From the NCBI RefSeq assembly GCF_009914755.1, contig NC_060937.1: a DNA stretch of 64,000 nt. One strand, given 5' to 3'. Each line of letters opens with the position of its first letter. The stretch's first letter is position 1. Shown here one piece after another: positions 45,311 to 59,832 of this stretch. A program made the position numbers and the translations under genes. The notes under the pieces are model-generated. The model made no database searches, was not told the DNA's origin, and saw nothing but the letters and a program-made list of their open reading frames with translations. Origin of the DNA: the human T2T-CHM13v2.0 reference genome, Homo sapiens.

Positions 45311-47719
45311 AAATATTGTGATTGCTGCATAAACAAAAGAACCTAATAAAAAATAAAAATATCTGATGTTTACATAGGTCAAAAATCATGTCACATTCTG
45401 ATATTAAGAGTATTATACTTCTTGTAGATAAGGCAACATGATTTTGAAATGTTGGCAGTTTTCTGCAATAAATAGCAGAATTGTGTTTCATACATAATAC
45501 GGATGATACAAACAATCTATACTTTTTCTCAGTACATTATCATGTAGATTTGTCTAATGTAAATGCTAATGCATTGAGACCACATGTTTATTTAGACTAA
45601 GTTTATGATCATTTATGTGCACGTGAAAATTACTGACATAGAGCTATGAAAAGATACAAAAATGTTGAAAGAAACTATGATGATCCTGAATATAGAAGAC
45701 AGAGCTTAAAAGTTTATTATTAATGTAGTAAAAATAATTAAATTTAGGTTTAATATTAATTTAAATAGCAGCCATACCACTGAAACAGGGTCTTGGGAGG
45801 ATTATACTAAGTCACATTTTACCTTTCAACCAGGATCTGAATTCCTAGGGGATGGTTTATGTGGGCAATAGAGTGGGATCACATGGGAAGCTCAGGGAAA
45901 GGAGCTACATAGCAACTAGTGTAGAATTATTTTAATATTTTACCAATCAGTACTATTGTACTAGTGTATACTTACAGAATATCCAGAGTTATACTATCAC
46001 ATTTTAGCACTGCTATGACATTTATAACACATATTTTTTTCTTCCACATATTACCAATAGGATGTGTCTGATACCAATGTTACTTAAAGCTGTATTTAGG
46101 CAATGACCCTCATTAATTAGTTATCTTTGTGCACATGCAAGCTTAGGCAGCAGACTTATTTATATTTTCATTACTACAATTGAGTTTTGTATACTATTGG
46201 CAATATATGATCAGAGTTTAATTACTAATTACAATTTCCTTTAAAAATTAAAGTATAATTCAGCAATAAAAATGTTAGTTACTAGGTTTGCAGAAAACAG
46301 AGCAGAGAAATAAATTTTTATCATTAGAGGATCATCTGCAATTTTATATTTTCCTGTAAAGCCATAAACAAGTGCTTTCTAAAGCCTAAGAAAGAAAAAA
46401 AATTATAGCAATAAAGGTGACAACATTTAATTTTTGTGATGGTTATCAAAAAAGGATATCACCCACCAAACAATACAACTAGAAACATGAGAAATTCTAC
46501 AAAGCAGAAGAAATTTCAAAACAACAAAAAAGCAGTCTGACCACTTTCTGGATTGTGCATCGAGATAGAAACATTATGTTATAATTTAATTAAGAGCAGT
46601 TTTTTTTCCTTCCTGCATTGTATGTAACCTAATGGTGCATCCTATAATCTATGAGCTCTACATATCAATAAAATATAGAATGTACATAAAGTAACACCCC
46701 AAAAAAGGAATAAAAGAATGGTTAGTAAAATTGCTTCAGTTAGAAATCTCTAAAGGTATGACAGTATGCATTATATTCTAGAATAGTAGTTGTCGCTGAG
46801 ATGCTAGTCCCAGTATTCATGAGGCACATATCACAAAACACTGTTTGCTGTGACTCAGCCTTTTGGACATAATGAGGGAAAAAAACAGTAGTTGAAAGCT
46901 TGTTGGGCCAAACTGTCAAGAGAAGATGAGAAATAATGCTAAATCACATCTTCAAAAATTCCACATGACAATTAGGACAAATTCAGATTACTAAAACAAA
47001 GAGAAATAGTATGTCTTTGGTCTAAGAGACTGCTCATGTTGGAGTTTCCTCACATGTATTTATGTCTTTTTTCTTTCTAAAGGAAACACTGCAAGAAGTC
47101 AGGGATTTTTCTTTTCTCTTTCACTGCTATTGGTGCCTAGAAAAGTACCTGGCGTAGAGTAGACAACACTCGTAAAGATGAAGAAAGATGGACTCATTTT
47201 GCTTATTTAGCAATTATTGTTTGTAAAGAGATGTTGTGTGTTCATATCATAAATATTACAATGCCATATTGCAAACTATTTACAGGAATATCATGTGCAA
47301 AATGTCAAAAAAGGAAACTTGATATTTAAAAAATTATCTTGTAAATAATTACTGAACAAACTCATAATAATTACTGTAATAGAAACAACAACTTCCATAC
47401 ACAGATTTCAGGCCTGATGAATTTCCACGTGTCTCACATATCCAGTTGGTTCCTGAATGGCAATAGCTGCTCAGGAATCAAGTTACCCTCAAGAATTCAC
47501 TCATAGATTTGAAAAAATGAAGTTTTGAATTGTTACTACTAGCGAGTAAGCAGTGATTTTTTGTCCTTTAAGTGGAAGTCTGCTGAACAAAGCAGACACA
47601 GCCCCTCACTTGGTGATGATGAGAATGATTTTTAAATGAACTACACTTTTAAGAAAATGCAGTGAAAAAGAGGAAGACTGAGATTTACATCCTCTGCAAT
47701 TAGACCTTTAGAAAAATGC

Positions 47720-47940
47720 ACAGTTGCAGATTTAAAATCAGAATAACTGATTTGACTCAAAGGCTTTTAAAAAAAAACTTATGGGATGTATGATGTTAGA
47801 TAACTCTTTTGTTTCTACTTTCTTATCTGTAAAAAGGATGTGGCAATAAATACCTCCAGAGCTTTAGTGACAATAAAAACATGATGTATGTGAAAACATC
47901 TTGTGATCTTTAAAGAGCTATAAAAATGAAAGTTATTGTT
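47720..47940 (+). mobile_element. MIR fragment
   Basis: TTTTCTTATCTGTAAAAAGG..AATACCTCCAGAGCT..ATGTATGTGAAAAC. Confidence 0.6.
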
Positions 47941-49972
47941 TCAATTATTCCAAACAGGAACCAGAAAGGTTATTCCTGAATGGCATTCTGGTGTGATAGT
48001 AAATGAGTAAATTCATGCAGAAATAAGGGGACAAAAATCCACTAACAGATTCTGCAAAAGGACTCAAATCCAGGTTTACAATATATAATGTTTAAAGAAG
48101 AAGGAGAAGAAAGACCATGAAAAAGAAGGAGTAGAAAGACAATAAAGCAGTTCCATTTTTATATTTTTAAATCATTGTAACCATTAACACTAACAATCAT
48201 AGATTTTAAAATTATTTTATTTTATTTTAATATATAAAGGAAATTAAAAATGTTCCTCAAGTTATAATGGAATCTCCAAATTAAGATAATTTTTAAATTA
48301 GGATTCTCTTTACACTTTTGATAACTTTCTTTTTAAAACCAACTTTTTTAAAAAAACAGTGAGAAAATTAACATGATGTCTAATTGCAGACGTTTCTCTA
48401 TTTCTCATGTAAAATGATTTGGTGGGGTGTTAATACAAAAATTTTAAATAATATCAAATATAATTGGTTATATAAATGGTGGGTTTAACTAGAAAAAATA
48501 TTTGAAAATAAACAATATGTGTCATGATTAACTGGTAATATTTTATAAATCTGTAGACAAGCTATATCCTGGAAGTTAGTAACATCTGTCGTAGATATAT
48601 TTCTAACGGGGACTTGAAAGGAAAATCAATTATTGGAGAGGCTAACTTTCACTTTCAAATACATTTTTCATGGATATAAACTGCAATTTGTTTACCAGTA
48701 TTTTTGTTTTTATTTTGTGTGTAAATGGTGGCAAGATTTAGCTTCATTAAACTGTTATTTTAGGAGCAGGTATAAAAATTTATGGCTAAATTTAAATTGT
48801 TATTAATAATAACATTCTCTCAATTCTTATCCTGCATCCAATTTCAATAGAATTGTTCTTATAAAAGATGTTGTGTTTTGTGATTTTTCATCTCCTCTGG
48901 AGGACAAATTATGATAACAGTAACTGACTTTATAGGAAACCATTCACAGGAGTTCTAGTGATGGGCATCAGAAAACTAAATCATCCTGGAGTTAAACTGA
49001 GATTTTTTTAAGATAAAACTTTATTGAAACAATCTCCTTTCATTACGGTTTGCTTTGTTAGGATGAGGACACATTTATTTATTTAGGTCTTCACCCAAAA
49101 AGATAATAGAAAGGGGGTGCTATGATCACAAAGTAAGCCTTATACAAAATGTGAGGAGTAAGATGTATCCACATCACTGCTAATGTCCTATCAGGCTAAT
49201 AACCCTGGATAATGGGTACAAAGTGCATTTTGAGAAGATAAAGTTAGGAAGAAATCTAGATTGTCTTAATAAATCTAGATCACAGTAAAATATTATGGAG
49301 GTAATATTTCTATAGAAAGATGAAGTATTAGAATTACAGTGGTAATTAGTCATTAACATGAGCTCAATGGACTGTCATTGAGAACTAATTGAGCAACTCT
49401 ATTAGCAAGGCTTAATTTGCATATATACACTTATAGTTTATGAAGAAGGTAGATGAAAATAAATTCATTTTGCCCAGTCCCATAGTGATCTGAGAAATTC
49501 TACATTACCACCTAAAGGTGGCAAATAAAACATTTTAAATAACAATAAAATGCTTTATATTCTGATGTAACTCTTCAAAATAACTGAGTTCTTTTTAGAA
49601 CTATGAAAAAGAATATAAGTAACTTCTTCCAGAGACATTTGCCTTTGAACACTTTTAGAAAGTTATAAAATCTGGAAGTTTCTCCACAAAGTCAGGGCAA
49701 TTTATCAGTGCAAAGAATTTTTGATCAAACATTGTCAAGAATATCTTTTCAACACAATATATTTCTAGAAAAAAATTCTGTGCTGTCTGTTCCAAATTTT
49801 TTTTTCTAATTCTAAGTGAAATGAAATAGATATCCATAAATAATGTTGATGCCACTGCATTTCAATTAGGCATAAAGGCTGGGCATGAGCTACTATGCTA
49901 TGTTTTTATATATAATACATGTTGTTTAGGGAGGTGCATCTGGTGTTTTTCCTTTTATAAAAACAATGAACT

Positions 49973-52900
49973 AGGAGTGGAGCAAGATGGCAAAATAGAA
50001 GTCTACATTGCCCAGTACCCCCACAAGAACACCAGATTGTAACAACTGCAGACAAAAAGCACCATCACAAAAAACAAAAATCAGCTGAGCACTCACAGTA
50101 CCTAGTTTTAACTTCATATAGCTGAAAGAGGAACTAAAAGGGGTAGCAGACACAGTCTTCAATTGCTGATGCCACCCTTCACACCTCCCCAGGCAACAGC
50201 TGCACAGGGTGGCAAATCTCTCTGCTTGAGAGAAGGAGAATGCAGCAACTGGGGCACTTTATATTGAACTCATTGCTGCACTGTCTCAGTGGAAAGCAGA
50301 ACCATGCTGTATCCAGCTGATGCCCACTCACACAGGACACATTTGGACTGGCCCTAGGCAGAGAGGCATTGCCCATTGCGGTTGGAGCCTGAGTTCCAGC
50401 AAGCCTCAGCGCTGCAGGCTAAAGCGTTTTGGGACCCTAAGTATACTTTAGGGGCAGTGTAGGCCACAAGGAATGCAATTCCAAGCCAAGTCCTAGTGCT
50501 GATCTGGGCCTAAAACTAGTGGACTGGGGTTGGTGTCCTGACCTATTGAGACGCCAGCTGAAGCAGCTAAGGGAGTGTTGTGCAACCCCTCCTTCATGCC
50601 TTGGCAGTGGCTGCGCAGCGCAGAGAAATCTGTGCCCTTGGGAGAAAGAGAGCAAACCAATTGTGAGACTACATTGAACTGAGTGACGTCCTGTTACAGC
50701 AGAGAGCAAAGCTGTGCTGGGCTAGGCCAGCAACCCTGCAAAGAGGGAGCATTTGGGTCACACCTAGCCAGAGAGAAATAGCCCATCCTGGAATTTAGAA
50801 CTTATTTTTCAGTAGGCCTCACCACTGCAGGCCAAACTGCTCTAGGGTCCTAGGTAAATTCGAAAGGCAGTCTAGGACACAAGGGCTGTAATTCCTAGGC
50901 AACTCCTAGTGCTGTACTGGGATTGGAATCAGTGGACTCCGGGGCACATGACCTAGGGAGACAACAGATGGGACATTTAAGGGACTGGTTGCACCACCCC
51001 TCCCCCAAACCCAGGCAGCAGCTCAGCAAGGAAAATGAATTTGGCTTTCTGCTTGAGAAGAGAGTGAATAGTAGAAGACTGTGTCTTACATCTTGGATAC
51101 TAGCTCAGCCACAGTAGAATAGGGCACTGGGCAGAGTCATGAGGCTCCCATTTCAGGCCCTAGCTGATGGATGACATTTCTGGACATACCTTGAGCCAAA
51201 AAGGAATCCACTGCCTTGAAGAAGAGGACCCAGTCAGAACAGGATGCATCACCTGCTGACTAAAGAGCCTTTGGACCCCAAATAACCAGCAACAATACCC
51301 AGTAAAGTTGTCATGGCCCCTGGGATCTGAGACGTGCCGGTTGTGGGACCTAGCATATTCCCATCTGTGGTGGCTATCATGAAAGACTCCTTCTGTTTGA
51401 GAAAAGCAGAGGAAAAGTAAAGGGAATTCTGTCCTGCACATTAGGTACCAGCTCAGCCATAGCAGGCTAGAGCACCAACCAGACTCTTGGAGTCCCCAAA
51501 TCTAGCCTAGGCTCTTAGCATGTCTGGACCTGCCGTGCTCCAGAGGAGAGCCCACTGCCCTGAAGGATGAGTTTCAGGCCTGGCAACATTCACCACAAAC
51601 TGACTAAAGAACCCTTGGGCTTTAAGGGAACATTGATGGTCTCCTGGCAGAACCCCTCAAGGGTCAATAGTGTTGGTGGTCCCAAGGCGAGGCTCCTCTG
51701 CCTATGGAAAGGAAAGGGGAAGCATGAGAAAGCCTTTGTCTTGTAGTTTGAATGCCTGCTTAGACACAGTAGAATAGAACTTCAGATAAATTTCTAAGGC
51801 TTTTGACTCCAAGCCCTGGCTCCCAGACAGTATTGCTGGACCCATCTGGGGATGGGGGAACTGACCCCCATGAAGGGAAGGAAATAAACCTGGCTTGGTT
51901 ACTACCTGCTGATCAAAGAGTCCTAGTGTTATAAGTACACATTAGTGGTAGCCAGGTAGTGGTTATAGTGGGCTTTGGGCAAGACCCAGTGCTGTGCTGG
52001 CTTTAGGCCTGAATGAGCACCGTCGCAATGGTGGTGGCCACAAAGGTGCTTGTGTCCTCCCACCCCCAGTTCCAGGTGTCTTAACACAGACAAAGAGAGA
52101 CTCAATTTGCTTGGGAGGAAGTAAAAGAAAAGAATGAGAGTCTATGCCTGGTAATCCAGAGAATTTTTTCAGATTTAATTCAAGACCACCAAGGTAGTAC
52201 CTCTGTGAGTCTGCAAGAAACACAGCATTATTGGGTTTTAGGCCCAAGTCTCTTCAAATACCTTGAAAGCTTTCCCAAGAAGGACAGGCATAAAAAAGGC
52301 CAAGTTGCGAAGACTATAATAAATGCCTAACTATTCAATGCCTAGAAACAGAATATCTACAAGCATCAAGGCCATCCAGAAAAACATGACCTCACAAATG
52401 AACTAAATAAGTCACCAGGGACCAATCCTGCAGAATCAGAGATATATGAAATTTTAGGCAGAATATTCAAAATAGCTGTTTTGAGTATACTCAAATTCAA
52501 GAAAATACAGAGAAGAAATTCAGAATTTTATCCAATAATTTTAACAAATGGATTGGAATTATTTTAAAAAATTAAGGAGAAATTCTAGAGTAGAAAATGC
52601 AATTGATATACTGAAGAATGCATCAAAATCTCTTAATAGCAGAATTAATCAAGCAGAAGAAAGAATTAGTGAACTTGAAGACAGGCTATTTACAAATACA
52701 CAGTCAGAGGAAACAAAAGAAAAAAGAATAAAAAACAACAAAGCATGATTACAAGATCTAGAAAATAGCTAAGGGCAAATCTAAGAGTTATTGGCCTAAA
52801 GAGCAGGTAGAGAGACAGATAGGGGTGGAAAGTTTCTTCAAAGGGATAATAACAGAGAAGTTCCCAATCCCAGAAAAAAGATATCAATAGCTAAGTACAA

Positions 52901-53604
52901 GGAGGCTGTATAGCACTTAGAAGACTGAATCCAAAGAAGACTACATCAGGGCATTTAATAATTAAATTCCCAAAGGTCAAAGATTAAGAAATGATTCTAA
53001 AAGCAGCAAGAGAAAAGAAACAAATAACATACACTGAAGCTCTAATACATCTGGCAGCAGACTTTTCAGTGGAAACCTTGCAAGACAGGAGAGTGACATG
53101 ACATATTTAAAGTGCTTGGCTGGGCACAGTGGCTCACACCTATAATCCCCTCACTTTGGGAGGCTGAGGTGAACAGATGACTTGAAGTCAGGAGTTTGAG
53201 ACCAGCCTGGCCAACATAGCAAAAACCCATCTCTACTAAAAATACAAAGATTAGCTGGGCATCGTGGTATGTGCCTGTAGTCTCAACTATTTGGGAGGCT
53301 GAGGCACAAGAATTGCTTCAACCTGGGAGGCAGAGGTTACAGTGAGCCAAGATCACACTACTGCACTACAGACTGGGCAACAGAGCAAGACACTTTCTAA
53401 ATAAAAATAAAAAAAAAACAGCGCTGAAAGAAAACACTTTTACCCTAGAATAGTATATCTGGTGAAAATATCCTTTAAGCATGAAGAAGAAATAAAGGCC
53501 TTCCTAGACAAACAAAAGCCGAGGGAGTTCATCAACAAAAGACTTGTCCTACATGAAATGCTAGAGGGAGGACATTAATGAGTAATAAGAAATTATCTGA
53601 AGTT
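49973..53604 (+). mobile_element. L1MA2-like (L1M1 5' end) 5' UTR and ORF1
   Basis: GGAGCAAGATGGCAAAATAGAAG..., GCACTCACAGTACCTAGTTTTAACTTCATAT; ~2.3-kb monomeric 5' UTR; ORF 52548..52748 LNSRINQAEERISELEDR is ORF1-like. Confidence 0.85.
53118..53418 (+). mobile_element. Alu (Sz/J-like) inserted in L1MA ORF1
   Basis: Full dimer; degenerate TSD AAAGTGCT / ACAGCGCT. Confidence 0.93.
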
Positions 53605-54888
53605 ATGTGAGTAAATGTGTTTATAGTAGCATTGTGTGATCTTTTGTGTTTCTGTGGTGTCAGTTGTAATAGCTCCCATTTCATTTCTAATTGAGCTTAT
53701 TTGGTTCTTTTCGCTTGTTTTCTTGGTTAACCTTGCCATCAATTTTATTTATCTTTTCAAAGAGCCAGATTTTTGTTTGATTTATCTTTTGTATTTTTTT
53801 TTTTCAATTTTATTTAGTTCCACTCTGATCTTGGTTATTTCCTTTCTTCTGCTGGGTTTGGATTTAGTTTGTTCTTGTTTCTTTAGTTCCTTGAGTTGTG
53901 ACCTTAGATTGTCTACTTGTGCTCTTTCAGACTTTTTGATGTAGGCATTTAAGGCTATGAGCTTTTCTCTTGGCACTGCCTTTGCTGTATCGCTACGCTG
54001 AGGTTTTGATAGGCTATGAGCTTTTCTCTTGGCACTGCCTTTGCTGTATCGCTACTCTGAGGTTTTGATAGGCTATGTCACTCTTATCATCCAATTTGAA
54101 GAATTTTTTAATTTCCACCCTGATTTCATTGTTGATCCAGTGATCATTCAGAAGCAGGTTATTTAATTTCCATGTATTTGCATGGTTTTGAAGGTTCCTT
54201 TTGGAGTGGATTTCCAGTTTTTCCGCTGTGGTCTGAGAGAGTGCTTGGTCTAATTTGAATTTTCCTAATTTTAATGAGATTTGTCTTGTGGCCTATAATA
54301 TGGTCTGTCTTGGAGGATCTACCATGTGCTGATGAATGGAATGTATATTCTGCGATTGTTGGGTAGAAGGTTCTGTAAATATTTTTTAAGTCCATTTGTC
54401 CCAGGGTATAGTTTAAATTCATTGTTTCTTTGTTGACTTTTTGTTTTGATGACATGTTTAGTGATGTTAGTGGAGTATTAAAGTCCCCCACTATTGTTGT
54501 GTTGCTGTCAATCTCATTTCTTAGGTCTATTAGTCATTGTTTTATAAATTTGTAATCTCCAGTGTTAGGTGCATATGTATTTAGAGTTGTGATATTTTCC
54601 TCTTGTACAAGGCCTTTTATCATTATGTAATGTCCCTCTTGGTTTTTTTCTAAATGCTGTTGCTTTAAAGTTTGTTTTGTCTGATACAAAAATAGCTACT
54701 CCTGCTCGCTGTTGGTGTCCATTTGCATGGAATGTCTTTTTCCACCTCTTTACCTTAAGTTTATGTGAGTCCTTATGTGTTAGGTGAGTCTCTTGAAGGC
54801 AACAGAAACAAGGTTGGTGAATTGTTAGCCATTCTGTAATTCTGTATCATTTAAGTGGAGTATTTAGGCTATTTACCTTCAATGTTAG
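53605..54888 (-). mobile_element. 5'-inverted segment of an L1PB1-like element (ORF2 EN region)
   Basis: ORFs 54159..54491(-) GDFNTPL...SDHSG and 53782..53976(-) [14 protein letters not shown]; TSD AAGAAAT(T/C)ATCTGAAGT at 53587 and 57786. Confidence 0.9.
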
Positions 54889-57337
54889 AGGAGATGGATA
54901 AATTGCTGAAAAGATACAACCCTCTTATCTTAAGTCAGGAAGAATTAGAAACCCAGAACAGACCAATAACAAGCAGGAGATTGAAATGGTAAAAAAAAAA
55001 AAAAAAAAAAAAAATTAGCACCACCACCAACAACAACTACAAATCCAGGACCAGATGGATTCACAGCTGAATTCTATCAGAAATTTAAAGGAGAATTGGT
55101 ACCAATCTTACTGACACTACTCCACAAGGTAGAGAAAGAGGAAAATCCTCCCTAAATCATTCTAAGAAGCCATTATCACCCCAACACCAAAAACAGGACA
55201 GGATATAACCACCACAACAACAAAAACTGTAGACCAATATACATGATAAACATAGATGCAAAGTCTTCAACAAAATACTAGCTAACTGAATCCAACAGCA
55301 TATCAAAAAGGTAATTCACCATGGTCAAATGGGTTTTATACCAGGGATGCAGGATGGTTTAACATATGCAAGTCAATAAATGTGATACACCATGTAAGTA
55401 GAATTAGAAACATAAATCACATGATTATCTCAATAGATGCAGAGAAAGTATTTGACTAAATGCAACATCACTTTATGATTAAAATACTCTGAAATTACCA
55501 TAAAAGGGACATACCTCCGTGTAATAAAAGCCATCTATGAGAAGCCCACAGCCAACATAATACTGAAGGGGCAAAAGTTGAAACATCCCCTCTGAGAACT
55601 TGAACAAGACAAGGATGCCCACTCTCACCACTTCTATTCATCGTAGTACTGGTAGTCCTAGCTAAAGCAATCAGAAAAGAGAAAGAAATAAAGGCATCCA
55701 AATCGGTAAAGAGGAAGTCAAACTGTCACTACTTGCTGATTATATGATTGTATACCTGTAAAACACTAAAGGCTCCTCCAAAAAGCTCCTAGAACTGATA
55801 AATGAGTTTATCAAAGTTTCAGGATACAAAATTAATGTACACAAATCAGTACTTCTGCTGTATACAAACAATGACCCAGCTGAGAATCAAATCAAGAACT
55901 AAACCCCTTTGCCAAAGCTGTGAAAGAAATAAAATACTGGGAATACACCTAACCAAGGAGGGGAAAGACCTCTACCAGGAAAACTACAAAACACTGCTAA
56001 AAGAAATCATAGGTGACACATGGAAACACATCCCATGCTCATGGATGGGTAGAATCAATATTGTGAAAATAAAATGACCATACTGCCAAAAGCAATCTAT
56101 AAATTCAGTGCAACACCCATCAAAATATCATCATCATTCTTGACAGAGCTAGAAAAAACAATCATAAAATTCATATGGAACCAACAAAGAGCCCACAGAG
56201 CCAAAGCAAGACTAAGCAAAAAGAACAAATCTACAGGCATCACATTACTCAACTTCAAACCTTACTACAAGGCCATAGTTACCAAAACAGCATTCTACTG
56301 GTATAAAAACACACATGTAGACCAATGGAACAGAATAGAGAACCCAGAAATAAAGCCAAATATAGCCAACCTATAATTGACAAAGCAAACAAAAACATAA
56401 AGTGGGAAAAAGACACCCTATTCAACAAATGGTGCTGGGATAATTGGCAAGTGACATGTAGTAGAATGAAACTGGATTCTCATCTCTCGCCTTACACAAA
56501 AATAAAGTCAGGATGGATCAAGTACTTAAACCTAAGGCCTGTAACTATACAAATTTTAGAAAATAACATTGGAAAAATACTTTTAGACATTGGCTTAGGC
56601 AAATATTTCATGACCAAGAACCCAAAAGCAAATGCAGTAAAAACAAATAATTAATGGGGATTAATTAAAGAGCTTTTGCATGTCAAAAGGAACAGTCAGC
56701 AGAGTTAACAGACAACCCACAGAGTGCAAGAAAATCTTTATAATTTATATATCTGGCAAAGAACTAATATTCAGAATCTACAAAGAACTCAATCAAATTA
56801 GCACGAATAAAACAACTCCATCAAAAATGGGTTAAAGACAAGAATAGACAATTCTCAAAAGAAGATGTACAAAAGGACAATAAACATATGAAAAAATGTT
56901 TAACATCATAAATGATCAGGGAAATGCAAATCAAAACCACAATGCGATATCACCTTACTCCTGCAAGAATGGCCATAATCAAAAAAAAAAAAATAGTAGA
57001 TGTTTGTGTGAATGCAGTGAAAAGGGAACACTTTTATACTGCTGGTGCAAATGTAAGCTAGTATAACCACTATGGAAAACTGTGGAGATTCCTTAAAGAA
57101 CTAAAAGTAGAACTGTCATTTGGTTCAGCAACTTCACTACTTGGGTATCTATACAGAGGAAAATAAGTCATTATACAAAAAAGGTATTGCACACTATGTT
57201 TATAGCTAGCACAATTTGCAATTGCAAAAATGTGGAACCAGCTCGAATGCTCATCAATCAAAGAACAGATAAACTGTTTTTTATATATATACAAAAGACA
57301 TTTTAGGACAATATTGAAAGAAAAGACAAAACAGGTC

Positions 57338-57376
<39 letters not shown>

Positions 57377-57785
57377 CACATCATATATATATATGTGTGT
57401 GTATATATATATATATATGATGGGATGGTACTCAGCCATACAAAGAGATGAATTAATGGCATTCACAGCAATCTGGATGGGACTGGAGACTATTCTAAGT
57501 GAAGTAACTAGGGTATGGAAAAACCAAACAACCTACATTCTTACTCATAAGTGGGAGCTAAGCTATGAGGATGAAAAGGCATAAGAATGATACAACGGAC
57601 TTTGGGGACTTTAGGGGAAAGGGCAGGAAGGAGATGATGAATAAAAGACTACAAATTGGGTTCAATGTATACTGCTCAGGTGATGGGTGTACCAAAATCT
57701 CACTAATATCCACTAAATAACTTACTCATGTAACCAAATACCACCTGTTCTGCAAAAACCTTTGGAAATTAAACAACAAACAAAA
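54886..57785 (+). mobile_element. L1PB1-like element, non-inverted ORF2 and 3' UTR
   Basis: Sense ORF2 fragments; 3' UTR GAGCTAAGCTATGAGGATG..AACCAAATACCACCTGTTC; A-rich tail followed by TSD. Confidence 0.9.
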
Positions 57786-59000
57786 AAGAAATCATCTGAA
57801 GTCATAAAACTCACTGGTAATATCACGCAGAAAAACACAGAATATAATAACACAGTAACTGTGGTGTGTTAACTACTCTTAAGGAGAAAGACTAAACAAT
57901 GAATTAATCGAAATAATGAGTGCACCAACTTTTTGACACACAGACAATACACTATGACATAAAGAGAAACAACAAGAAGTTAAAAAGCAGAAGGATGAAG
58001 GCAATGTGTAGTATTTATTAGTTTTGTTTTGCTTGTTGCTTTTTTTTGGTTGTTTATGCAATCAGTGTTAAGTTGTAATCGGTTTAAAATACTATCAGAT
58101 AGTATTTGCAAGCCTCATGGTAACCTCCAATCAAAATGTATACACAGAAAATAAGATGCAAGAAATTAAATCATGCAATCAGAGAAGATCACTAAAAGGA
58201 AGACAAGAAGGAAAGAAAGAAGAAAAAGAAGACCACATAACAATCAGAAAACAAATAAAAAATGGCAGTAACTTCTTACATATCAATAATAACATTAAAT
58301 GTAAATGGACTAACCTCTCCAATCAAAGACAGAAAAAAAGTAAGCATTAATGATCTGTTTTGTACAAGAAACACACTTCACCTATAAAGATAAGCATAGA
58401 CTGAAAATAATGGGATAGAAAAAGATATTTCATACCAATGGAACTCAAAAAAAGAGCAGGAATAGCTAGCTATAGCAACAAAATACATTTTAGGACAATA
58501 TTGAAATAAAAGACTAAACAGGTCATTATATAATGATAAAGGGGTTAATCATTAAACTCCCAGAGGTCAAAACAAGAAGATAAATAATAATGAATATATA
58601 TGTGCTCATTTCTGGAGCACCTGGATGCAAAAAACTAATATTATTAGAGCTAAAGAGAGAGCTAGACCTGAATACAGTAATAGCTGGAGGGTACAACACC
58701 CCACCTACAGTATTGAAATGATCTTCGAGACAGAAAACCAACAAACAAATATTGGACTTAATCTGCACTATTTCAATAAATAGACCTAATAGATATATAC
58801 AGAACATTTTATCCAACATCTGAAGAATACACATTCTTCTCCTCAGCACATGGATTATTCTCAAGAATAGACCGTATGATAGATCACAAGAGAAGTCTTA
58901 AGACATTTAAAAAATGAAATAATATAAAGCATATTCTCTGAGTACAATGAAACAAAACTGGATATTTATAAAAGGAATTTTGGAAACTACACGAACACAT
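57786..59000 (+). mobile_element. L1MA2-like host continuation (inter-ORF region and ORF2 EN)
   Basis: Resumes after the TSD; AATGTAAATGGACTAA, CAAGAAACACACTTCACCTATAAAGA. Confidence 0.8.
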
Positions 59001-59538
59001 AGACAGACATTATATAATGATAAAATGTTTAGTCCAACAGGAAAATATCACAATTCTAAATATATATGCACCTAACACTGGTGGTCCCAAATTCATAAAA
59101 CAATTATTACTAGACCTAAGAAATTAGATAGCAACAGAATAATAGTGAGGAACTTCAATACTCCGACAGCTCTAGACAGGCAATCAAGACAGAAAGTCAA
59201 CAAAGAAACAATTAACTTAAACTATAGTGTAGAACAAATGGACTTAACAGATATTTATAGGACATTCTACCCCAAAACTGCAGAATATACATTTTTCTCA
59301 TCAGCACATGGAACATTCTCCAAGGTAGACAATATGATAGGCCACAAAACAAGTCACAATAAATTTAAGACAATCAAAATTACATCAAGTACTCTCTCAG
59401 GCCACAGTGGAATAAAATTGGAAATTAACTCCAAAAGGAACTCCCAAAACTATACAAATACATGGAAATTGAATAATCTGCTCCTGAATGATCTTTGGGT
59501 TAACAGTGAAATCAAGGTGGATATTAAAACATTCTTCA

Positions 59539-59832
<294 letters not shown>

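Noticed and set aside
47450-47986. 13-bp direct repeat TTCCTGAATGGCA ~520 bp apart
   Set aside because: No tail or single element between the copies; compatible with chance
50200-52200. ~300-410-bp degenerate tandem monomers in a GC-richer block, considered as a promoter island or array
   Set aside because: Internal repeat structure of the L1M1/L1MA 5' UTR; CpG-depleted
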